Shown here in pieces: positions 9,411 to 22,896 of a stretch of 64,000 bases of DNA. The notes under the pieces were generated by a model, which saw only the letters and a list, made by a program, of their open reading frames with translations, did no database searches and was not told where the DNA came from. Both the position numbers and the translations under genes were made by a program. The stretch is from an uncultured delta proteobacterium. Lineage in GTDB: Bacteria; Desulfobacterota; Desulfobacteria; Desulfobacterales; Desulfosalsimonadaceae. Numbering within the stretch: the first letter of the stretch is position 1; each line of letters starts with the position of its first letter. The stretch covers positions 992,001 to 1,056,000 of the forward strand of contig CAWGYD010000006.1 of NCBI GenBank assembly GCA_963826785.1, given 5' to 3'.

Positions 9411-10814
9411 ATGGGCGGTTTTTTCGGCTGTGTTTCCAGGCACGACTGTGTAAAGGATGTATTTTACGGCACCGACTACCATTCCCACCTGGGCACCAAG
9501 CGGGGCGGCCTGGCGGTAAAAAACCGGCAGGGGATCAAGAAATCCATCAAGAATATTGAAAATAGTTATTTTCGATCCAAACTGGAATCCGAGCTGCCCG
9601 ATCTGCATGGGAACATGGGCATCGGGGTGGTCAGCGATACGGATCCCCAGCCCCTGATCATCGGCTCCCACCTGGGCTCCTATGCCCTGGTGACGGTGGG
9701 AAAGATAAACAACATCGATGAGATCGCCAAAGAGGCATTCGACCGAAGGCTTCATTTTTCGGAAGCCTCCGAGGGAAAGGTGATCCCCACGGAACTGGTG
9801 GCCATGCTGATCAACCAGGGGGCCACCTATGAGGAAGGAATCGCCCATGCACAGGACGTCATCAAGGGGTCCTGCTCCCTGCTGCTGCTCACGGACAAAG
9901 GCATCTACGCGGCCCGGGACCGGCTGGGCCGCACGCCGGTGGTCATCGGGAAAAAGGAGGGCGCCCATGCCGCCAGTTTCGAAACCTGCGCCTTTTACAA
10001 CCTGGGCTATGACGTGGACAGGTTTCTCGGCCCGGGTGAAGTCGTATTGATGACCCCCGACGGGATCGAACAGAAGCAGGCCCCCGGCCCCGAAATGCAG
10101 GTCTGCGCGTTTCTGTGGGTCTACTACGGATACCCGGCATCGAGCTATGAAGCGATCAACGTGGAAGAGGTCCGGTACCGATGCGGCCGGACCCTGGGAA
10201 TGAACGACGACCAGGATGTCGATTTTGTATCCGGGATTCCGGATTCGGGGATCGGCCATGCCATCGGCTACTCCAACGAAACCCATATTCCCTACCGCCG
10301 GCCCTTTGTCAAATACACCCCCACCTGGCCCCGCAGCTTCATGCCCCAGGACCAGGACACCCGGGACCTGGTGGCGAAAATGAAGCTGATTCCCATCCGA
10401 TCGCTGATCGAAGGCAAACGGCTCCTGTTCTGCGATGATTCCATCGTCCGGGGAACCCAGCTCAAGGACAACATCGAGATCCTTTTTGACGCCGGCGCAA
10501 AGGAGGTGCACATGCGGGTGGCCTGCCCCACCCTGATCTACCCGTGCGAGTTTCTCAATTTTTCCACCTCCCGCTCCACCCTGGACCTGATCGGCCGCAA
10601 GATGATCCACGAGATAGAGGGGCCGGATTTTGAAGATCTGGCCAAATATGCCGCGGCCGATTCACCGGAGAAGCACGCGATGGTGGAAAAAATCAGAAAA
10701 CGGCTGCGGCTTTCCAGCCTGAAGTTTCAGAAGATAGACGATCTGGTAAATGCCATCGGACTGCCGAAGCAACAGGTGTGCACCCACTGTTGGGACGGGA
10801 GCAGCCATTTTTAA
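9411..10814 (+). CDS. purF: Amidophosphoribosyltransferase (variant lacking the N-terminal catalytic Cys)
   Basis: Ntn domain (ARDRLGRTP) plus PRTase domain (IPDSG, DDSIVRGT), Fe-S Cys (VCAF, YPCEF, CTHC); begins MGGFFG. Confidence 0.92.
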   Translation: MGGFFGCVSRHDCVKDVFYGTDYHSHLGTKRGGLAVKNRQGIKKSIKNIENSYFRSKLESELPDLHGNMGIGVVSDTDPQPLIIGSHLGSYALVTVGKINNIDEIAKEAFDRRLHFSEASEGKVIPTELVAMLINQGATYEEGIAHAQDVIKGSCSLLLLTDKGIYAARDRLGRTPVVIGKKEGAHAASFETCAFYNLGYDVDRFLGPGEVVLMTPDGIEQKQAPGPEMQVCAFLWVYYGYPASSYEAINVEEVRYRCGRTLGMNDDQDVDFVSGIPDSGIGHAIGYSNETHIPYRRPFVKYTPTWPRSFMPQDQDTRDLVAKMKLIPIRSLIEGKRLLFCDDSIVRGTQLKDNIEILFDAGAKEVHMRVACPTLIYPCEFLNFSTSRSTLDLIGRKMIHEIEGPDFEDLAKYAAADSPEKHAMVEKIRKRLRLSSLKFQKIDDLVNAIGLPKQQVCTHCWDGSSHF

Positions 10815-10956
10815 GAATCCATCCAGAAATGGCTAATTTGCCCAATTTCTGCGTCAGGCGAAAATTTTAATCCTCAAAATACACCAGTATTCCTGCGGTT
10901 AAAATTTTTGCCTTCCTTGAACTTGAACAAATTATCCTATTTCTGGATGGATTCTT
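10813..10956. mobile_element. MITE-like non-autonomous element, 144 bp
   Basis: Perfect 18-bp terminal inverted repeats AAGAATCCATCCAGAAAT / ATTTCTGGATGGATTCTT, AT-rich and internally palindromic (aaaattttaa/ttaaaatttt); left end overlaps the purF TAA. Confidence 0.7.
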
Positions 10957-11001
10957 TGAAAAAACAAGAATATTATCGCACCTGACAGGAAAGGATTACA
11001 G

Positions 11002-14212
<3,211 letters not shown>

Positions 14213-14216
14213 GATG

Positions 14217-14256
14217 AACCCCGGCCGAGCCCGAAAGGGTTCGGCCGGGGTTTTTT
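14217..14256 (+). terminator. Rho-independent terminator after carB
   Basis: aaccccggccgagccc-gaaa-gggttcggccgggg-tttttt. Confidence 0.9.
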
Positions 14257-14462
14257 ATGGCCGGGATTTTCTGCGCCCACTGGTACAGAACAAATTAATG
14301 TGTTTTTCCGCCAAGGTTACATGCAACAGCCCATATTCAAAGCAGAAGCGATTTCATATGATAGGACATATCAGGCTAATCTATTGAAATAATTTATATT
14401 TTAATGACGGGGGCCAATGCGTTGACATAACGCCTGCGGACCTTGCGGCCGGGGGAATACAT

Positions 14463-15131
14463 ATGATCATTGATCCTGAAACGGATTCCGGCGAAAAATC
14501 GGGTGGGGCGGGCCGGAGTATGAGAGAGGGTGACCCGTCCGTGCGGCTGCTGATCGAAAATTCGCCGGTGGATCTTCTGCTGCTGGAACCCGACGGGCAG
14601 ATCGTATACAGTACGTGCGACTTGAGCGGTGTTGCCAAAGAGGCGCTGATCGGAAGATCGATTTACCAGTTTGTCAGCCGTAACTGTTCGGGGCATTTGA
14701 GAAAACAGCTGAAGCAGGCGGGGGATAACGGCCGGCCCGGCAAAATCGCCGCACGCCTGAAACGCCGCGGCAGCCGGCCCGGCCTTCACCTGATCCGGAT
14801 CAAGCCGGTCATGGCCTCCGGACGGGTGACCTCCTTCTGCCTCAGCCTGGCGGAACTGAAGCGGCCGGATCCCCTTGCGCGGAAGCGGGCCCGGAAAATG
14901 GCAGACCCTCCGGCAAAAGATCAGGTGCAGGCCCCCCCGCCACAGACCGTCAAATATATTTCCTTATGCAGTTACTGCAAAAGCGTGAAAAATGAGACGG
15001 GCGAGTGGGACCGGATCGAAAATTTTTTAATGAACCGCTCCGCCGATCCGAAAACCGAAGTGAAAATCAGCCACGGCATCTGCCATCAGTGCATGAAGCA
15101 GTATTTTCCCCACCTCCGGATGAATCGATAA
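14463..15131 (+). CDS. PAS-domain protein with C-terminal Cys4 (CSYCK...SHGICHQC) motif
   Basis: LIENSPVDLLLLEPDGQIVY...LIGRSI PAS-like segment; C-terminal ISLCSYCKSVKNETGEWDRIE...ISHGICHQC. Confidence 0.65.
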   Translation: MIIDPETDSGEKSGGAGRSMREGDPSVRLLIENSPVDLLLLEPDGQIVYSTCDLSGVAKEALIGRSIYQFVSRNCSGHLRKQLKQAGDNGRPGKIAARLKRRGSRPGLHLIRIKPVMASGRVTSFCLSLAELKRPDPLARKRARKMADPPAKDQVQAPPPQTVKYISLCSYCKSVKNETGEWDRIENFLMNRSADPKTEVKISHGICHQCMKQYFPHLRMNR

Positions 15132-15156
15132 TTTGCAGGGCTTCGCCGCCCACACC

Positions 15157-15226
15157 TTTCCAAATATGTTTTCCAAATATCTTTCCAAATATTCTTTCCC
15201 CCTATCTTTTCTCCAAATCTTTCCCC
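15157..15226. repeat. Short degenerate tandem repeat (TTTCCAAATAT-like)
   Basis: Three copies of tttccaaatat followed by degenerate copies, between convergent stop codons. Confidence 0.6.
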
Positions 15227-15257
15227 GGCTTTCTTTGTAAGCGCAAGGGTAAAAGGG

Positions 15258-16289
15258 CTACCGCCCGGTTTTGAGCCGCTCCCAGTATTTTTCATAGATG
15301 GTGATGGCGCCTCCCACATCCACCTGGTAATCGGCATTTTTCAGGTCTTCATCCGTGGGATAAATGATCCGGTTGTTCCGGGTTTCGGGATCCAGAAGTT
15401 TTACCGCTTCGGCATTGGGGGAGGCATACCCGATCTCTTCGCAGATTTGCTTTGCGATCTCCGGGCGGAGCAGGAAATTGATCAGGGAATAGGCGTTTTC
15501 GATGTTTTTGGCTTTTGCCGGGATGACCAGGTTGTCCATCCACAGCATGGCCCCCTCCCGGGGATACACGTAAGTAAATTTTTCATTCTCCTGTGCGGCC
15601 ATGTAGGCCTCCCCGTTCCAGATCATTCCCACCGAAACTTCCTGGGTCACAAAGGGGATCCGCGGCGTGTCCGAGTTGAACACCCGGACGTTCGGCATCA
15701 ACTGCGCCAATTTCTCGTAAGCCTGCCGGATCTCTTCCGGATCGGTGGTGTTCCCGGACTTTCCGATCACCTTGAGCCCCATGAAAAAGACATCGCGCAC
15801 ATCGTTTAGCAAAAGCACCTTACCCTTGAATTCGGGCTTCCAGAGATCCGCCCAGGCTGTGACCGCAGACGCCTCGATGCTTCCGGTGTTGACGATGATG
15901 CCGGTGGATCCCCAGAGATAGGGAATGCTGTATTTGTTTTTGGGGTCAAAGGGCCGGTCCAGGTGCCTATCGGCGATGTTCTTCAGGTTGGGTATTTTGG
16001 CGTGATCGATGACATGGAGCAGGCCTTCCCGGCCCATTTTGCTGACGTAATAGCCGGACGGGACCACCAGGTCGTATCCTGCACCGCCCAGCAGCTTGAT
16101 CTTGGCATACATGGCCTCGTTGCTGTCATAGGTGGTATAGATCACCTTGATTCCGGTTTCTTTGGTGAACTGCTCCAGGACGGCTTCCGGCAGGTATTCG
16201 GACCAGTTGTAGAAGTACAGTTCGCCCTGTGCGGCAAATACGGTTGCGGGCAACAACAGGAAAATGATGAAGGCCATGATTTTTTTCAT
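15258..16289 (-). CDS. potD: Spermidine/putrescine ABC transporter substrate-binding protein
   Basis: Signal peptide, YNWSEYLP, YDSNEAMYAK, YDLVVPS, IPYLWGSTG, PREGAMLWMD. Confidence 0.93.
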   Translation of the reverse strand: MKKIMAFIIFLLLPATVFAAQGELYFYNWSEYLPEAVLEQFTKETGIKVIYTTYDSNEAMYAKIKLLGGAGYDLVVPSGYYVSKMGREGLLHVIDHAKIPNLKNIADRHLDRPFDPKNKYSIPYLWGSTGIIVNTGSIEASAVTAWADLWKPEFKGKVLLLNDVRDVFFMGLKVIGKSGNTTDPEEIRQAYEKLAQLMPNVRVFNSDTPRIPFVTQEVSVGMIWNGEAYMAAQENEKFTYVYPREGAMLWMDNLVIPAKAKNIENAYSLINFLLRPEIAKQICEEIGYASPNAEAVKLLDPETRNNRIIYPTDEDLKNADYQVDVGGAITIYEKYWERLKTGR

Positions 16290-17056
16290 GCTTTTTTCTC
16301 CTTGAGCAGAAATTGGGAACAGGATACCAGCAGCAGCGATAAACCAAACAGCACCGTTGCCAGTGCATTGACTTCCGGTTTGACCCCCAGCCGGACCATG
16401 GAATAGATCCTCAGCGGCAGGATTTCAAAACCCGGCCCGGTCACAAAAAAACTGACGATCACGTCGTCGATGGACAAAGTGAAGCTCAACAGCCACCCGG
16501 CGAGCACCGCCGGCAGGGCCAGCGGCAGAATGATCAGGTAAAAAACCCGCCATTCGCCGGCGCCCAGATCCCTTGCCGCCTCCATGAGGCCGGTATCGAA
16601 CCCGCTCAACCGGGAATAGACGGTGATGACCACGAAGGGCAGGCAGAAGGTGATGTGGGACAGCAGCAGGGAAAGAAACCCCAGCTGGATGTGGATCAGG
16701 ATGAACAGCGAGAGCAGGGAAATGGCCATGACGATATCCGGCGACATCATGATGACCAGCAGCAGCCCCTTGATGGTCTTTTCGCCCGTAAATCGGAACC
16801 GGTACAGGCAGACCGCCCCCAGGGTCCCCATGGCGGTGGCCAGGGTGGCTGAAACCGTGGCCACCAGCAGCGAATGAACGGCCGCCCCCATCAGCAGCGG
16901 ACTGTTAATCAGTTCACGGTACCACTTCAGGGTAAATCCATCCCAGGTGGTGCCGTATTTGGAGGCATTGAAAGAATGGGCGATCAGCACCAGGATGGGC
17001 AGGTATAAAAAGACATAGATTGAAATCAGGTAGATTTTTTTTACCGCCCGGATCAT
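16286..17056 (-). CDS. potC: Spermidine/putrescine ABC transporter permease
   Basis: FLYLPI..LIAHSFN, EAARDLGA loop, FTLSIDDVIVSFFVTGP. Confidence 0.93.
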   Translation of the reverse strand: MIRAVKKIYLISIYVFLYLPILVLIAHSFNASKYGTTWDGFTLKWYRELINSPLLMGAAVHSLLVATVSATLATAMGTLGAVCLYRFRFTGEKTIKGLLLVIMMSPDIVMAISLLSLFILIHIQLGFLSLLLSHITFCLPFVVITVYSRLSGFDTGLMEAARDLGAGEWRVFYLIILPLALPAVLAGWLLSFTLSIDDVIVSFFVTGPGFEILPLRIYSMVRLGVKPEVNALATVLFGLSLLLVSCSQFLLKEKKA

Positions 17057-17907
17057 TGTATCTCTGCGCCCCCGGCTTTTTTACTGCTGAGAAAATAAGC
17101 CGCCAGCATCAGGCCCATGATCGCCAGCATGGCTACGCTGGCCGCCGAGCCAAAGGGCCAGTCCCGGGCATTTAAAAACTGGTTCTTGATGAAATTGCCC
17201 ACCAGGAGGTCTTTTGCGCCGCCCAGCAGGTCCGAAACGTAAAACATGCCCAGGGCGGGAAGAAACACCAGCAGGCTGCCCGCGATAATGCCGGGAAGGG
17301 TCAGGGGAAGAATCACCCGCAAAAAGGTCTGGGCCCGGCCCGCCCCCAGGTCGCCGGCGGCTTCCAGCAGGCTGTTGTCGAGCCGTTCCATGACGGCAAA
17401 CAGGGGCAGCACCATAAACGGAAACAGGATGTAGACCAAACCGATGGTTACTGCCGTCCCGGTATACAGGAGCCGCAGGGGTTCATCGATCACCCCCAGA
17501 TAGAGAAGCGCTGCGTTTAGAACGCCCCGGGTGGCGAGGATGGCCCGGATGGCATAGGTGCGGATCAGGGAATTGGTCCAGAAGGGAATGATGACGAAAA
17601 GCAGCAGCAGGTGGCGAAAGCGGGCCGGCGCCCGGGCCAGCAGGAAGGCAAAAGGGTATCCCAGCGCCAGGCAGACCAGGGTGGCGTTCAGTGCCATTTT
17701 CATCGAATGGGCAAATACCTGCAGGTAAAGCGGATCCAGCAGGCGGCGATAGCTTTCCAGGGTGATGTCGAACGCGATAAAGCGGATTTCATCGCGCTGG
17801 AGAAAGCTGATCACCAGGATCATCAGGTTGGGAATCAGCACAAAAACGGCAAGCCAGATGCCGATCAGGGCGACCGTCAGCGTTTTAAAAAGATTCTTTT
17901 CCCTCAT
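17053..17907 (-). CDS. potB: Spermidine/putrescine ABC transporter permease
   Basis: [37 protein letters not shown]. Confidence 0.93.
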   Translation of the reverse strand: MREKNLFKTLTVALIGIWLAVFVLIPNLMILVISFLQRDEIRFIAFDITLESYRRLLDPLYLQVFAHSMKMALNATLVCLALGYPFAFLLARAPARFRHLLLLFVIIPFWTNSLIRTYAIRAILATRGVLNAALLYLGVIDEPLRLLYTGTAVTIGLVYILFPFMVLPLFAVMERLDNSLLEAAGDLGAGRAQTFLRVILPLTLPGIIAGSLLVFLPALGMFYVSDLLGGAKDLLVGNFIKNQFLNARDWPFGSAASVAMLAIMGLMLAAYFLSSKKAGGAEIQ

Positions 17908-18991
17908 CCGGCAGCACCACCTCCCATGAAGGAACCCAGTTCACCGCCACCCGCTCCCCGATATCATGATCCAGGGCGGGGTCCTCCTCGTCGAAAAATT
18001 CGCTGACCTGCACCTTTTTGCCGCTGTCCATCAAAACGATGGAATCGAGGGTCATGCCCTTGTAGGTGCGCGCAATCACGGTTCCGGCCATCCGGCCGGA
18101 CTCCGGCGATCCCTTTCCAATGGGGGTGAGCCGCATGTCTTCCGGCCGCAGCAGGACTTTGACGGATTCTCCGGGCGACCAGGTTTTCTCGGACCGGAGC
18201 GTGCAGGATATCCCCTCCACCACCGCTTCAATGGATGCGCCGCTGCGTTTTTCCACGACCTTTCCGTCAAAGATATTGATCTCCCCCACAAATCCGGCCA
18301 CGAACAGGTTGCGCGGGGTTTCGTACACCTGCCGGGGCGTGCCCGTCTGCTCGATATTTCCTTCTTTCAGCACCACGATCCGGTCGGACATGGAAAGCGC
18401 CTCCTCCTGATCATGGGTGACAAAGATGAAGGTGATTCCCAGGCGGCGCTGGAGCTGTTTGAGCTCTACTTCCATTTCCTTGCGCAGCTTGTAATCCAGT
18501 GCATTCAAGCATTCATCCAGCAGGAGCACCTTGGGCCGGTTGACCACGGCCCGGGCCAGGGCCACCCGCTGCTGCTGCCCCCCGGACAGCTGAAAAGGCC
18601 TGCGGGGGGCGAATTCTCCCAGCTTGACCATGCGCAGGGCCTCCCCCACCCGTTTCGCAATCTCGGCCCGGGGTACTTTTTTCATTTTCAGGCCGAAGGC
18701 CACGTTTTCAAAAACCGTCATGTGAGGGAAAAGGGCGAAACTCTGGAACACCATGTTGACGGCGCGCTGGTTGGGGGGAAGCGAATTTACACACCGGCCG
18801 CTGATGCAGACCTCCCCCGCATCCGGGGTTTCAAATCCGGCCAGCAGCCGCAGGATGGTGGTCTTGCCGCACCCGGAGGGCCCCAGAAGGGTTAAAAATT
18901 CGCCATTTTCGACTTCAAGGCTGATGTCTGAAAGAACGGCTCTATCCCCGAACGATTTGCAGACACGCTTCAATTCGACCACGAAAGACAT
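17885..18991 (-). CDS. potA: Spermidine/putrescine ABC transporter ATP-binding protein
   Basis: Walker [31 protein letters not shown]-terminal TOBE region. Confidence 0.94.
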   Translation of the reverse strand: MSFVVELKRVCKSFGDRAVLSDISLEVENGEFLTLLGPSGCGKTTILRLLAGFETPDAGEVCISGRCVNSLPPNQRAVNMVFQSFALFPHMTVFENVAFGLKMKKVPRAEIAKRVGEALRMVKLGEFAPRRPFQLSGGQQQRVALARAVVNRPKVLLLDECLNALDYKLRKEMEVELKQLQRRLGITFIFVTHDQEEALSMSDRIVVLKEGNIEQTGTPRQVYETPRNLFVAGFVGEINIFDGKVVEKRSGASIEAVVEGISCTLRSEKTWSPGESVKVLLRPEDMRLTPIGKGSPESGRMAGTVIARTYKGMTLDSIVLMDSGKKVQVSEFFDEEDPALDHDIGERVAVNWVPSWEVVLPDEGKESF

Positions 18992-19002
18992 GTTCTATCG
19001 TA

Positions 19003-19494
19003 TTATTCCTTTAATTCAATTATCCGGGGATGCAGCCCGTCTGCGGTGATTTCGATAATTCCCGCGGAGATGGGCAGCCGGAACCGCCGGGGCCCGGCGC
19101 TGCCCGGGTTGATATAGAACACCCCTTCCTTTTTGCGGATATCCGGCCGGTGGGAATGGCCGTATACCACCGCTGCGCATCCCGCGGCAGCCGGGTCCAG
19201 GTCCAGTTGCGACAGGTCATGGATCAGGTAGATGAGAAAGCCGGCCGCGTCCACCAGGTCGGACCGGGGCCGCCCGGCAAAATCTGCGGGTCGGTCCATG
19301 TTTCCCAGGACCGCCGTCACCGGGGCGATCCGGTTGAGATCGGCCAATACTTCCGGGCGGTCGATGTCTCCGGCGTGCAGGATCATATCTACGCCTGAAA
19401 AAGCCCCGGCAACGCTTTTTCGGAGCAGACCGTGAGTATCGGAAATCAGGCCGATGGTCAGCAGAATTTCAGACATGGGCATACAATGACGCAC
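19003..19494 (-). CDS. Metallophosphoesterase (YfcE/MJ0936 family)
   Basis: ISDTHG, HAGDI, GNMD, GHSH, NPGS motifs; true start may be a few codons downstream. Confidence 0.9.
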   Translation of the reverse strand: MRHCMPMSEILLTIGLISDTHGLLRKSVAGAFSGVDMILHAGDIDRPEVLADLNRIAPVTAVLGNMDRPADFAGRPRSDLVDAAGFLIYLIHDLSQLDLDPAAAGCAAVVYGHSHRPDIRKKEGVFYINPGSAGPRRFRLPISAGIIEITADGLHPRIIELKE

Positions 19495-19511
19495 TCAGGT
19501 TCATTGGGGTT

Positions 19512-20183
19512 TCAGCCCCGGGTTTCATGGTCCACGTCGGCGTCGAAATCGTGATCGGCCAATTTCGAATCCGGTCCATAGGCTTGCGTAAAGGTATCCA
19601 CAATGGACTCGATGGGCACATCGGCGAATTCGCCGCGATAGGCGATGTATTCCATGTGCTGCCGGCCGTCAAGGTCAAAGGGGTGATAAATGGAGTCTTT
19701 TCGTCCGTCGAATTCCAGCGGCTTCAAGCGGAACCGCTGGCACAGTTCGACATTGAAGGCCGGCGTCGCCTTGATCCATGCGCCATCCAGGTAAATGGCG
19801 GTATACCCGTGCCAGTAGAAGATATCCGTATTCATATGCCGGCGGAGGCGCTCGGTGGAGAGATGATTGCGGACATCGGCAAACCCGAGACGGGCGGGGA
19901 TTCCTGCGGCCCGGCAGCAGGCGGCCAGCAGGATGGCTTTGGCCACGCACCAGCCCCGGCCGGCGTGCAGGGTGGTGGTCGCTTTGAGCCCCTCCACATC
20001 CAGGGTAATGGCATAGGGGTCATAGCGGATGCCGTCGCGCACCGCATAATAAAGGCGGACCGCCTGATTTCGTGCATCCAGTCCTTCCGGCGCATGAAGG
20101 GTGACATATCGGCGGATCTGCTCGTGATCACATTCGATTGTGGCCGTGGGTTGAAGAAATATCTGATGTTCTTGACCGGTCAT
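19512..20183 (-). CDS. Transglutaminase-like family protein
   Basis: GGAGG RBS; VRDGIRYDPY, GWCVAKA, GIPARLGFADV.NHL, WHGY, WIKATP. Confidence 0.88.
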   Translation of the reverse strand: MTGQEHQIFLQPTATIECDHEQIRRYVTLHAPEGLDARNQAVRLYYAVRDGIRYDPYAITLDVEGLKATTTLHAGRGWCVAKAILLAACCRAAGIPARLGFADVRNHLSTERLRRHMNTDIFYWHGYTAIYLDGAWIKATPAFNVELCQRFRLKPLEFDGRKDSIYHPFDLDGRQHMEYIAYRGEFADVPIESIVDTFTQAYGPDSKLADHDFDADVDHETRG

Positions 20184-20460
20184 AAGCTTGCCTCCGTTGG
20201 GCTTGTATTTCACCTTCACGGAAACAGGTTGGCAGTGCAACCCGTTGTCGTGAAAATCATCCTTATCGGTTTGCCGCCTGTTTTCCAAATATTTTTTCCC
20301 CTGTTTTTTATTTTTCCCGATTTTTTCCGGTTCCCCTGAGCACCGGGAGACAAATGATTCGGAACCTGACCGGATTCTTTATCATGTCAGGATAACTATG
20401 TTTGAAAACATCAAAATCCGACTTTATGGTTTAGGAAAATCACAACAGGAGGCCATCGTC

Positions 20461-20772
20461 ATGAAAAAGATCATATATCCGTTTTTGGCCTGCATGCTCC
20501 TGCTCGTCTTTTTCGCAAACCCGGGATGGTCATTGAGCAGCCTGCGCTGCGGGTGCTGCGATATCCTGAGGGATGGTGACAGCGCCCTCAAAGTGCTGGA
20601 ATGCATGGGAGAGCCGGAATTTAAAACTTATGTCGCCGATACTGTTCTTCTGGAGAGCCCCACGCAATCGGTTCAGCTGGAGTATTGGTTCTATCATCAG
20701 GATGACTGGGTTTATCAGATCACCATCTATAATGGAATCATCAATGATATTAAACTGATCGGGCGTGATTAG
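20461..20772 (+). CDS. Exported DUF2845-like protein
   Basis: AGGAGG RBS, signal peptide, LRCG...GDS..KVL.CMGEP...EYWFY. Confidence 0.7.
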   Translation: MKKIIYPFLACMLLLVFFANPGWSLSSLRCGCCDILRDGDSALKVLECMGEPEFKTYVADTVLLESPTQSVQLEYWFYHQDDWVYQITIYNGIINDIKLIGRD

Positions 20773-21048
20773 CTGAGAAGCACCCGAGGGGCCGCATTGA
20801 TCGCATTCTGCGTTTGGATGCCACTGAATACAGTTGCTGAGCGGGCGGAATACGTACCGAAGATTTTTGGAATCAGTATTTCCCAGTATTTAGTTTGCCC
20901 GTCGATTTGGAGAATATGAGTTCATCTGGACAGTGGACTGCAACCCGCGAAAGCGCGCCGGGGCAAAAAACGTTTGTTCGGTTAAAAGGTCGTGATGATA
21001 ACCTGCAATTATCGAAGCCAACCCAAAACACAATGTAGGAGGAAGAAA

Positions 21049-21588
21049 ATGAAACACGTATGGATATGTCTGTGTCTGATGGCTGCTGGATTCCTGCTGT
21101 TTGCCGGCAATGCGTCTGCTGAGGATGAGCGATGGGGTTTTCAAAGGGGGGACCGGGAGTTGACGCTTGCCGGCACCGGATCGAGCGACAACAATTTTGA
21201 CAGCACCAACTTGTCTGCCCAGGTGGGCCTCGGGTATTTCATGACGGATTTTTTCGAGATCGCCTTCCGCCAGGATGGTACGTATATAGATCGGAAGAAC
21301 GGTGGCAGCTACTATAATGCCGCCAGCCGAGGGGCGCTGGACTTTTATATGCCGCTCGATCCCGTATACCCGTATATCGGCGTGAACGGTGGATATATTT
21401 ACGGCGATCTGGTTAATGATCAATGGATTGTAGGACCTGAGGCCGGCATCAAATTTTTTGCCGGTCCCACTTCTTTCATCTACGGTGCGCTGGAATATGA
21501 ATTTTTATTGAATGACTCGAACGACGTGGAGGAGGATTTCGAAGATGGCCGTTTCGTCTACTCCATCGGCGTCGGGCTGACATTCTAA
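21049..21588 (+). CDS. Small outer-membrane beta-barrel protein
   Basis: AGGAGG RBS, signal peptide, alternating beta pattern, PYIG..GGY, GPEAGIKFF, terminal F. Confidence 0.78.
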   Translation: MKHVWICLCLMAAGFLLFAGNASAEDERWGFQRGDRELTLAGTGSSDNNFDSTNLSAQVGLGYFMTDFFEIAFRQDGTYIDRKNGGSYYNAASRGALDFYMPLDPVYPYIGVNGGYIYGDLVNDQWIVGPEAGIKFFAGPTSFIYGALEYEFLLNDSNDVEEDFEDGRFVYSIGVGLTF

Positions 21589-21606
21589 AAAATCTTTGGA
21601 GAAATG

Positions 21607-21646
21607 AAAAAGCCGCTGGGAGTGCCTTTTCGGCGGCTTTTTTTTT
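21607..21646 (+). terminator. Rho-independent terminator
   Basis: aaaaagccgc...gcggc followed by T9. Confidence 0.75.
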
Positions 21647-21812
21647 CAAAAACGCCTGCGCTAAAAAGCCGCATCAGTCCGCCATAACGGCGATGATGCC
21701 CAATACCCGGATACTAAAACCGGGGCTGATGCGGCTGGGGGTGTTTAAGACGATGAGATCGGCATCGGCAAGGAAGAAAAGCATGCCGAGGGCAGGGCAG
21801 AAACAGATATTT

Positions 21813-22865
21813 TTACGTCATGTCCTGTGTCGTTTTGGCGTAAAGTGATTCAAACAGTGCTTTTTCCATGTGATAAATTTTGCCCGCCTGCCCGGAAGCC
21901 TGCGCCCAGATACCCTGCTGTTCCGGTTCTTTTGCCGCCCGGCCGAGCACTGCAGCAAGTTTTGTCCAGGTCTGCGCACAACGCCCGGAAAGTGAAATGA
22001 TCTGATCGTCGATCACATCCGGTACAATATCCCGGCACCACTCAAAAAAGGCGGTCATCAGGTTTCGGAAGTTGGCCCCGCCGGAGCCGAAGGTTTCGAT
22101 GGTCTGGGCGGTATAGGCGGCAAGCGGCCCGGCATTGTCCCGCTGTCCCCATCCGCCCACCGACTCGGCAAACAAGGCCAGCCCGGCAATGCCGGTTGTC
22201 ACCTGTGTTGACTGATCCGCTACGGATTTGAGCAGTTCCGCCTGGCTCAAGTCGCTTCCCAGCATCCGGCCGCAGCTGATTTTCAATGCCTGCCTTGCGG
22301 CCTGTTCCAGTGAGCGGGTGATCTGCGTATCGAAGAATTTCCCCCACAGGTTGAAGGTGGAAATGCCGTCTTTGGGGTTCCGGCTGACCGAAAGGGCTTT
22401 GTAGGAGCATTTCTGGGGCGCCGGATCGACCCGGTCGGCAATCCAGGCGACCTGTTTCGCATCGTCAAAACCGACCAGCACGAACCGGTGGGCCGGAAAC
22501 CGCACCTTGTAATCGCGGTAATCCAGAAAGAAGATGTCGCCGGTGAGCATGGCGGGCCGGCCTTCCATCACCTCTTTCTTGACATCCGCCCAGGCCTTGG
22601 CATTGTCAAATTCCGGCTGCTCCCGGTAGTCGATGCCCAGGGAACGGGCGGCATCATATTCCATGGTGATGCTGCGGCCGAAGATCATCTCGGATGGGAA
22701 AAATCCTTCGGAGCGGACGTACATGGATTCAATCCCCGATCCCAGCCCGAACACGACCGCTTCTGGCAGTTCCAGGCCGCAGTGATGGTACAGCAGGTTT
22801 CGCATGGCGGCGCTGCCGCAGTGCTGCCCCGGAAGGTTGCGGTAATTTTCGATCAGTGCCTGCAT
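21813..22865 (-). CDS. BtrH N-terminal (papain-like) domain protein with DUF4872-like C-terminus
   Basis: GQHCGS, VFGLGSG, DIFFLDY, FPAHRFVLVGFD...IAD (Cys-His-Asp). Confidence 0.75.
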   Translation of the reverse strand: MQALIENYRNLPGQHCGSAAMRNLLYHHCGLELPEAVVFGLGSGIESMYVRSEGFFPSEMIFGRSITMEYDAARSLGIDYREQPEFDNAKAWADVKKEVMEGRPAMLTGDIFFLDYRDYKVRFPAHRFVLVGFDDAKQVAWIADRVDPAPQKCSYKALSVSRNPKDGISTFNLWGKFFDTQITRSLEQAARQALKISCGRMLGSDLSQAELLKSVADQSTQVTTGIAGLALFAESVGGWGQRDNAGPLAAYTAQTIETFGSGGANFRNLMTAFFEWCRDIVPDVIDDQIISLSGRCAQTWTKLAAVLGRAAKEPEQQGIWAQASGQAGKIYHMEKALFESLYAKTTQDMT

Positions 22866-22896
22866 CGGTTATCCTGTCCGGTAAGCCAAAGGGCGT

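Noticed and set aside
9402..10610. Long antisense ORFs (e.g. 402 aa opposite purF, 383 aa opposite glgP, 344 aa opposite the DUF202 gene)
   Set aside because: Shadow frames expected from GC-rich codon usage; no domain features
20935..20975. GCAACCCGC-GAAA-GCG...GCAAA resembling a c-di-GMP-I riboswitch upstream of the beta-barrel gene
   Set aside because: The GNRA-capped stem is only about 3 bp, and I could not find the second stem or the tetraloop receptor; a cmscan would be needed
21667..21736. 14-bp inverted repeat (agccgcatcagtcc/gggctgatgcggct) with a 42-bp loop
   Set aside because: Most simply a terminator-like or stabilising hairpin between convergent genes; no other copy was seen
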